Assembly (NCBI GenBank): GCA_965217035.1
Contig: OZ244226.1
Location: forward strand, 2,710,146-2,774,145
Direction: 5' to 3'
Origin: Bacteriovoracaceae bacterium
Lineage (GTDB): Bacteria > Bdellovibrionota > Bacteriovoracia > Bacteriovoracales > Bacteriovoracaceae
Length of the DNA stretch: 64,000 nt
The notes under the pieces were generated by a model. The model was not told the origin of the DNA. It saw nothing but the letters and a program-made list of their open reading frames with translations, and ran no database searches. Below, piece after piece: positions 57,983 through 64,000 of the stretch. Within the stretch, counting starts at the first letter, position 1; each line of letters opens with the position of its first letter. The translations under genes and the position numbers were made by a program.

Positions 57983-58888
57983 TTACTCTATTCTTTTTGC
58001 AATGCCATAAAAGATTTCTCTAAGCCACTTATTTGCTTTATCATTATGATTTTTCTTGGCCCAATAGAGTTTTACCGTAAACTCATTCATTTCAATCGGA
58101 GTTTTGAAAATTTCGACATTATGCTTTTTTTGGACGTATTTGAGGAAACGACTAGGAGCAGTGAGTAAGCAATCACTATTTTCAATTAAAGCAGGTGCAC
58201 TTGAGAAGCTATTAACGGTGTAAAGAAGCTCTCGTTTTCGGTTGATTCTTGAGAGGTAATTATCAACAGCCCCTTTACCGTCTCCAGGTCCTGTCATGAC
58301 ATGAGGATAAGAAAGAAATTTCTCAAGAGTCTGTCTTCCTTTTAAAATTGGGTGATTCTTTCTTGCCATCGAAATAAAGGATTCTTCATAAAGAACACGT
58401 TGAAGAATATTGGGAGTGTCAAAGGTTCTCACTCCAATGGCTAAGTCTAATTGAGAGTTCAGAAGCATAGGTTGAATACGAGCATATTCCCAACGTAAAA
58501 ACCGAAGCTGAATTTTAGGAGCCTGCTTCTGAAGCACTTTGATAATTCTTGGAGCAAAAAGATGCTCGATAATATCTGTGGTCGCTATATAAAAAACTTT
58601 TGTACTGGTTTGTGGATTAAATTCACCAACGTTAAGAATCGTTTCAACTTGTTCGATCCAGCTTTTAAGCGGGGCTCTAATGGCTTGAGCTTTTGCTGTG
58701 AGTTCGAAAGCATTTCCTTCTCGAAAAACGATTTCATCGCTTAAAAGTTCTCTAAGCTTTTTTAGAGAGTGGCTAATAGCAGACTGAGTCACTCCAAGAT
58801 CTTTTGCACTTTTAGTCGCGCTCTTTGTATCTAGAATTGAGTTAAGTACCCGTAAATATTCAAGATTTAAGTCATGAAATTGATTCAT
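57983..58888 (-). CDS. LysR family regulator
   Basis: SATKSAKDLGVTQSAISHSLKKLR; FNPQTS..F. Confidence 0.95.
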   Translation of the reverse strand: MNQFHDLNLEYLRVLNSILDTKSATKSAKDLGVTQSAISHSLKKLRELLSDEIVFREGNAFELTAKAQAIRAPLKSWIEQVETILNVGEFNPQTSTKVFYIATTDIIEHLFAPRIIKVLQKQAPKIQLRFLRWEYARIQPMLLNSQLDLAIGVRTFDTPNILQRVLYEESFISMARKNHPILKGRQTLEKFLSYPHVMTGPGDGKGAVDNYLSRINRKRELLYTVNSFSSAPALIENSDCLLTAPSRFLKYVQKKHNVEIFKTPIEMNEFTVKLYWAKKNHNDKANKWLREIFYGIAKRIE

Positions 58889-58979
58889 GGCTTAATTATA
58901 AATATTAATTCGATTAATATCAAGAACTCGGCGATACTGACTTCAACAAAGAATAAAACAACTGGAAAAGGGGTTGAAT

Positions 58980-59852
58980 ATGTCACAAACAGTACTAATC
59001 ACAGGAACAAGTAGTGGATTCGGGAGACTTATGGCCGAGACACTTTTATCAAAAGGGCATAAAGTTGTTGCTACAATGAGAGCAGTCGATGGACGGAATA
59101 AAGAAAATGCTCAATACCTTGCTGACAAAGGAGCTGTTATTGTTGAGATGGATGTCACTAATGATGAGAGTGTTAACAATGCCATCCAGAATGCACTTTC
59201 TTCAGTAGGGAATATCGATGTTCTTGTTAATAATGCAGGCGTTGGTGTTTCTGGAAGACAAGAATCTTTTGAAGTCGCTGATTGGCAAAAACTTTTTGAC
59301 ATTAATGTCTTCGGTATTCAGAGAGTAACCCGAGCTATTCTTCCGCACTTTAGAGAAAAGCGTTCTGGAAGCTTGGTGAATGTTTCAAGTATTCTTGGAA
59401 GAATGGTTATCCCTTATTATGGTCCTTACAATGCTTCTAAGTATGCGGTTGAAGCGATGTCTGAAAACTATAGGATCGAATTGTCTCAATTCGGAATCTC
59501 TGTCAATGTGATTGAACCAGGTGGTTTCCCGACAACATTTATGGAAAATTTAATTTTACCTTCAGACTCTGCAAGAGAGTCTCACTATAATGATATTCAT
59601 CCTACACCCGAAGAGTTTGGTGCAGCTTTCGGAGAGACGCTTGCAAATACTCCAGAGCAGAATCCACAAGATGTCGCAGACGCGCTTCTTAATCTTGTTG
59701 AGACGGCCCCTGAAAAGAGACCTTTCCGTACGACTGTTGATAAGCTTGGTATGGGAGCAGCCCTAGAAGGGTATAATAAGGCTCATGAAGAGGTGACGAG
59801 AAATGTCTTTGCCGCTTTTGGGACTGATCACCTTCTAACTCTTAAAAACTAA
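58980..59852 (+). CDS. SDR oxidoreductase
   Basis: TGTSSGFG, NNAG, YNASK. Confidence 0.95.
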   Translation: MSQTVLITGTSSGFGRLMAETLLSKGHKVVATMRAVDGRNKENAQYLADKGAVIVEMDVTNDESVNNAIQNALSSVGNIDVLVNNAGVGVSGRQESFEVADWQKLFDINVFGIQRVTRAILPHFREKRSGSLVNVSSILGRMVIPYYGPYNASKYAVEAMSENYRIELSQFGISVNVIEPGGFPTTFMENLILPSDSARESHYNDIHPTPEEFGAAFGETLANTPEQNPQDVADALLNLVETAPEKRPFRTTVDKLGMGAALEGYNKAHEEVTRNVFAAFGTDHLLTLKN

Positions 59853-59867
59853 TCTGTAACTCTATTG

Positions 59868-59901
59868 AGCCTCCTAACGAATACAAAGTTAGGAGGCTTT
59901 T
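59868..59901 (+). terminator. hairpin containing the RBS of the next gene
   Basis: AGCCTCCTAAC-N9-GTTAGGAGGCT-TTT directly before ATG 59902. Confidence 0.65.
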
Positions 59902-60603
59902 ATGAAACTATTCATCTTATTTGCTCTGATACCCTTCATCTCTTTTTCAAAGACTTTTGAGTCAGGTCAGAAAAAAGTCAATCTGGTTGAACTTTATACT
60001 TCACAATCATGCTCAAGTTGTCCTCCCGTTGAAAGATGGGTTAGCAAGTTTAAAAAATCGAGTGATCTTTGGAAAAATATTGTTCCTGTTTCTTTTCATG
60101 TCACTTATTGGAATCATCTTTCTTGGGTTGATAAGTTTTCGCAACCTAAGTTTACTAATAGACAGAGACTTTACAATTCAAAAATTCAGGCAGGAGTTTA
60201 TACTCCTCAAGTTATTTTAAATGGGAAAGATTTCCGACAATGGAGAAGCTATCCCAAAATCAAATCAAAAGAAAATCCAGGCAATCTTAAGTTAGAGGTA
60301 AAAAAATCAAAAGCGTATCTCTCTTTAGATTCAAAAGCTAAAGGGAAATTCGTTTGCTTCGTGGCCATTCTCGATAATGGTTATATTACTCATGTTCTTG
60401 ACGGTGAAAACGAAGGAAGAACTTTGAAAGAGAATTTTATTGTTCAAAACTTTTATGAAAAAACGATAAAAAATTCGACTGGTAGAATTAATTGTGAGCT
60501 TTCTATCAAAGTTGAAAAAGGTTTGAAGAAACCAGCTATTGCAGCATGGATAGCTAGAGAATCAGACTATAAAACAATACAAGCTGTTGGAGGTTTTCTC
60601 TAA
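59902..60603 (+). CDS. DUF1223 family thioredoxin-like secreted protein
   Basis: VELYTSQSCSSCPP, FHVTYWN.L.W.D.F, YTPQ, GENEGRTL. Confidence 0.92.
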   Translation: MKLFILFALIPFISFSKTFESGQKKVNLVELYTSQSCSSCPPVERWVSKFKKSSDLWKNIVPVSFHVTYWNHLSWVDKFSQPKFTNRQRLYNSKIQAGVYTPQVILNGKDFRQWRSYPKIKSKENPGNLKLEVKKSKAYLSLDSKAKGKFVCFVAILDNGYITHVLDGENEGRTLKENFIVQNFYEKTIKNSTGRINCELSIKVEKGLKKPAIAAWIARESDYKTIQAVGGFL

Positions 60604-60722
60604 AATTTGACTCGTAATTGTTTCTTGTATTATCTTTAAAACGCAGTGGCGCTGCGTTCTCTTGAGGAGTCCAGTAAATTTATGCTCTGACTTTGCTCAG
60701 TTACTTGAAAAGGAGAGTGTAA

Positions 60723-61382
60723 ATGACATCATCAAAAATCAATCAACAAAACTATAATATATGGTCAAAAACCTACGACGATTATACTAATCCGACTGTC
60801 GAAATTGATGAAAGAAATCTTCCTTCGTATTATTCAGATTGGTTCGAATATAATGTTTTAGAAGTAGGATGTGGTACAGGAAGACATACTATCCGATTGG
60901 TGGGACAAAAAAATAATGTAACAGGAATCGATATTTCTGAAGGAATGCTCTCGAAAGCCAAGGAAAAACTTCCTTCTGTTCATTTCATTCATGGAGACTT
61001 TCTTGAAGAGCCTTTTCAGGCGAGTCATTTTGATCGAGTGCTTATGAGTCTTGTTCTTGAGCATATTAAAGATATCAACTCTTTTTTTCTCAAGGTTAAA
61101 GAAATCCTTCGTCCAGGTGGCGAAATTCTTATCTCCGAACTTCATTCTTCAAGAGGAGAACAAGGAGTACTTGCGCATTTCAAAATGAATGATGGTGAAG
61201 AAGTTCGTCTTTCAAGTGTTTGTCATAAAGAAAACGATATTATCAAATCAGCCGAGTATTCAGGTTTAAAGTTAAAATCTAAAAGTGAAATCGTTGCGGA
61301 TCAAAATTTCTGTCAATTAAATCCAAAATGGGAGAAATATTTGGAGATGCCAATGATCTCGATCATGTCGTTTAGGTCTTAA
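60723..61382 (+). CDS. class I SAM-dependent methyltransferase
   Basis: VLEVGCGTG, GIDISEGML, LRPGG. Confidence 0.92.
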   Translation: MTSSKINQQNYNIWSKTYDDYTNPTVEIDERNLPSYYSDWFEYNVLEVGCGTGRHTIRLVGQKNNVTGIDISEGMLSKAKEKLPSVHFIHGDFLEEPFQASHFDRVLMSLVLEHIKDINSFFLKVKEILRPGGEILISELHSSRGEQGVLAHFKMNDGEEVRLSSVCHKENDIIKSAEYSGLKLKSKSEIVADQNFCQLNPKWEKYLEMPMISIMSFRS

Positions 61383-61385
61383 GTA

Positions 61386-61985
61386 ATGGTCGATAAAGAT
61401 AAAAAAAATTTAGAAGTCTATGAACATAATGCTCAATCCTTTGGCGAACAAAGAGATAAAAGTCTTTTTGAAAAAAAGTGGCTTGATAGGTTCCTCTCAT
61501 TTCTAGAAGGCAATGAAATTCTTGATATTGGTTGTGGAAGTGGAGATCCCATCGCAAAGTATCTTATCGAGAAAAATTTAAATGTGACAGGAGTTGATTA
61601 TTCTCAAGGGATGATTGATCAATGCTATAAAAGGTTTCCTGGCCACGAATGGTTAAGAGTAGATATGAGAAATCTTAATCTTGATAAACAATTCGACGGA
61701 ATCATTGCTTGGAATAGTTTTTTTCACCTTAATCACGAAGATCAGATGAAGGTTTTAAATGTTTTTGAAAAACATCTAAAACCTCATGGAGTCTTGATGT
61801 TTACTGCAGGGCCAGAAAGAGGAGAGATTCCAGGTTTTGTTAATGACAACCAAGTTTATCATTGGAGTTTATCATTAGAAGAATACCAAAAAGGGCTCTC
61901 TAAAAGCGGTTTTAAGCTCGAAGAATTTGTTTTAAATGATTCTGAATGCCAATTCCATTCAGTGTTCTTGTCCAAAAAGGTTTGA
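61386..61985 (+). CDS. class I SAM-dependent methyltransferase
   Basis: ILDIGCGSG, GVD.S, AWNSFFHL, LKP.G. Confidence 0.92.
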   Translation: MVDKDKKNLEVYEHNAQSFGEQRDKSLFEKKWLDRFLSFLEGNEILDIGCGSGDPIAKYLIEKNLNVTGVDYSQGMIDQCYKRFPGHEWLRVDMRNLNLDKQFDGIIAWNSFFHLNHEDQMKVLNVFEKHLKPHGVLMFTAGPERGEIPGFVNDNQVYHWSLSLEEYQKGLSKSGFKLEEFVLNDSECQFHSVFLSKKV

Positions 61986-61995
61986 CATGTCAAAC
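61980..61995. promoter_or_regulatory. palindrome over a TTGACA -35 upstream of the TonB receptor
   Basis: Perfect GTTTGACATGTCAAAC, with an extra TGTCAAAC half-site near 62019. Confidence 0.5.
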
Positions 61996-62042
61996 TCAAG
62001 GGTAGTAGTTTAAACTCTTGTCAAACTTATCAAGGCTGAATC

Positions 62043-64000
62043 GTGAAATTACTTTCTTTTTTATTACTTATTCCTTTTTTCAATCTTTATTCTCAAGAAG
62101 TAAAAGAGATTAAAGTTCAAGATATGGTTGAGAATCTCAAAAAGTCTGGGCAGATCAAAGACTCAATCATAAAGACTGAAGTCATCAGCTCAGAGACTAT
62201 TGAAAAGCGACAAGCTTCTAATCTTTCTGAAGCGATCGAAGACCAAACAGGAATTGAGTCTCGAGAAGGTTGCTCAATCTGTGGAATGAGAAGAGTCCGA
62301 ATTAATGGAATGAGAGGGGAACATACGACAGTTCTTCTTGATGGAGTTCCGCTCAACTCGACTGTTTCTTCTTATTATGGCTTTGATGCTCTTGGAACAA
62401 ATGGAATCGAACGGATTGAAATTTCGAGAGGAGCGGGAGCTGCCTTAATTGCTCCTGAGGCCATAGGTGGTGTTGTTAATATCGTTAGAAAAAAAGCAAC
62501 TGAAGACTCTTCTAGTGTTAATGTCTCAGTAGGAGACTTTGGCTATAAACTCATTTCGGGAACAATGACGAAAGTAAATAAAGACCGAACAGCAGGAACA
62601 ACTGTTTCTGGTCAATATTCAGAGCAAGGCCAAATGGATGAAGATGATAATGGAATTAATGAAGCACCCAGAATAGATTCTTATGTCATTGCGGGAAAGC
62701 ATTATATTGATCTCAATTCAAAAAATAATATTACAATTGATGTGACATCTTTGAAATCTAACACGTTTGGTGGAGTTATGGATGTCGCCATTTTTAATCC
62801 TACCGTAAACACTGGAGGAACTCCAACCTTTGTCGATAATGATGTTCGAAAAAGATATACGGGAACAGCTGAGCAAGTCGCTGAAATAATCGGAATCCAA
62901 AGGAATGAAGCGACTTTTACTTACACTCGTCAACTTGATGATTATTCGAACTTTATAGCGAAGCAAAGTTATGCTCTTCAAATCCAGGATTCTTGGTATG
63001 AAGGGAGTGATTATTATCATGAGAATCAAACACTCTTTACAGATCTTCAGTATAATAATCAGCTTAATGAGAAGCACTTTCTAACTATTGGACTCGATTA
63101 TAAGAATGAATACCTTCATTCAAGTTCACATCAGTTCTTTGTCGTTGATGGAAGAGAAAAAGATGATTATGACTATGCTTCTTTAGGTTTATATTTAAGA
63201 GATATTTGGAATCCAAACTCAAAAATAGAACTTTCAACGGGCTTAAGGATCAATCACATTATAACTGATTGGACTGATCAAACAACAGAAGATAATGAAA
63301 TTGATGAAACGGTATTTGCTCCCAGAGTTCACTTGAAATGGTCTCATAACAAAACTTTAACATCGCGATTTGCAGCTGGGATAGGGTATCGTTCTCCTTT
63401 AACTTTCTTTGAATCTGAACACGGTCTCCTTGATGACGGATTTGATGTTGATATCTCTGAAATAGAAGAGTCTCGATCTTTCTCTTATTCGTTAGCCTAT
63501 GACTCTGAAAGATTTATTGCGAATGGGGGAATCTCACATACGACCGTTGATAATTTGGCGTTTGTTGATGATAACCCTACAACCCCTGTCTTAAAGAATT
63601 TTACGGAAGAACTTGATGTCACAACTTATGATGTGACTTTAGGGTATCAAATTACAAAACCCTTGAGTGTTGGGCTTTCCCTCGAGTATTTTGATTATGA
63701 TGATCAATATAAATCGCTTCTTGTGATTGCAGCGATCGAAGAACGCGTAAAATTTGATATTGAATACGAAACAGAGGATTTTCTTCTTAACTTTCTCGTG
63801 ACCTGGGTTGGTTCTCGAGACCTCAATGATTATGGTTATGGTGGGCGTTTTAACATTTCTGGAGGTTTAGCTCCTAAACTTACTGACGCTCCTGACTTTT
63901 ATACAGTTGATCTTAGAGCTGCTTACAATCTCTCTGGTGGCTATAAAGTGTATGCAGGAGTGAGAAATCTCTTCGATGAAGTTCAAGAGGAGTCTCCGCT
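62043..64000 (+). CDS. TonB-dependent receptor, 3' partial
   Basis: GTG start and signal peptide; plug motifs TEVISSETIEK, GCSICG, VLLDGVP, IERIEISRGAGA...AIGGVVNI; appears open to the window end, which explains its absence from the ORF track. Confidence 0.92.
   Translation, partial: MKLLSFLLLIPFFNLYSQEVKEIKVQDMVENLKKSGQIKDSIIKTEVISSETIEKRQASNLSEAIEDQTGIESREGCSICGMRRVRINGMRGEHTTVLLDGVPLNSTVSSYYGFDALGTNGIERIEISRGAGAALIAPEAIGGVVNIVRKKATEDSSSVNVSVGDFGYKLISGTMTKVNKDRTAGTTVSGQYSEQGQMDEDDNGINEAPRIDSYVIAGKHYIDLNSKNNITIDVTSLKSNTFGGVMDVAIFNPTVNTGGTPTFVDNDVRKRYTGTAEQVAEIIGIQRNEATFTYTRQLDDYSNFIAKQSYALQIQDSWYEGSDYYHENQTLFTDLQYNNQLNEKHFLTIGLDYKNEYLHSSSHQFFVVDGREKDDYDYASLGLYLRDIWNPNSKIELSTGLRINHIITDWTDQTTEDNEIDETVFAPRVHLKWSHNKTLTSRFAAGIGYRSPLTFFESEHGLLDDGFDVDISEIEESRSFSYSLAYDSERFIANGGISHTTVDNLAFVDDNPTTPVLKNFTEELDVTTYDVTLGYQITKPLSVGLSLEYFDYDDQYKSLLVIAAIEERVKFDIEYETEDFLLNFLVTWVGSRDLNDYGYGGRFNISGGLAPKLTDAPDFYTVDLRAAYNLSGGYKVYAGVRNLFDEVQEESP

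Noticed and set aside
2606..63077. Short ORFs nested in or antisense to long genes (for example 2606, 5441, 10133, 33247, 45847, 50389, 56588, 62117, 62718)
   Set aside because: They are shadow frames of well-supported genes with no RBS or motif support.
1..64000. CRISPR array, rRNA, integrase, prophage genes, sigma-28 promoters
   Set aside because: No regularly spaced repeats or hallmark genes were seen. Scattered CCGAT motifs lack consistent -35 spacing.

Overview
AT-rich bacterial window. The many short secreted or lipoprotein ORFs, the S9, S41, trypsin and papain-like hydrolases, the single-RRM proteins and the tmRNA tag GENQFAMAA fit a predatory Bdellovibrionota (Bacteriovoracales-like) genome; this assignment is inference. 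Bases 1-8.9 kb hold mostly ordinary genes plus an ArsR regulator followed by an unannotated 14-aa Cys-rich peptide gene (MSNEKKCGCGCGCC) with its own RBS, paired operators and terminator. tmRNA (8922-9291) opens an accessory tract to about 37 kb. It contains an intact ISL3 with an 8-bp target duplication, a frameshifted PD-(D/E)XK-like nuclease gene bounded by damaged copies of the tmRNA 3' end, an IS3 element, IS and gene remnants, and many secreted proteins. It also carries a translationally coupled, LysR-linked candidate biosynthetic operon: heme-oxygenase-like diiron enzyme, ATP-grasp ligase, MFS, SnoaL-like protein and secreted trypsin-like protease. Bases 37-64 kb hold peptidases, YcaQ, an ABC-F, an RRM/CarD locus, TetR, MarR and LysR regulated enzymes, methyltransferases and a TonB-dependent receptor that runs off the end. 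No CRISPR array, rRNA, intact tRNA, integrase or reverse transcriptase was seen. All family calls are by eye from motifs, with no database searches.
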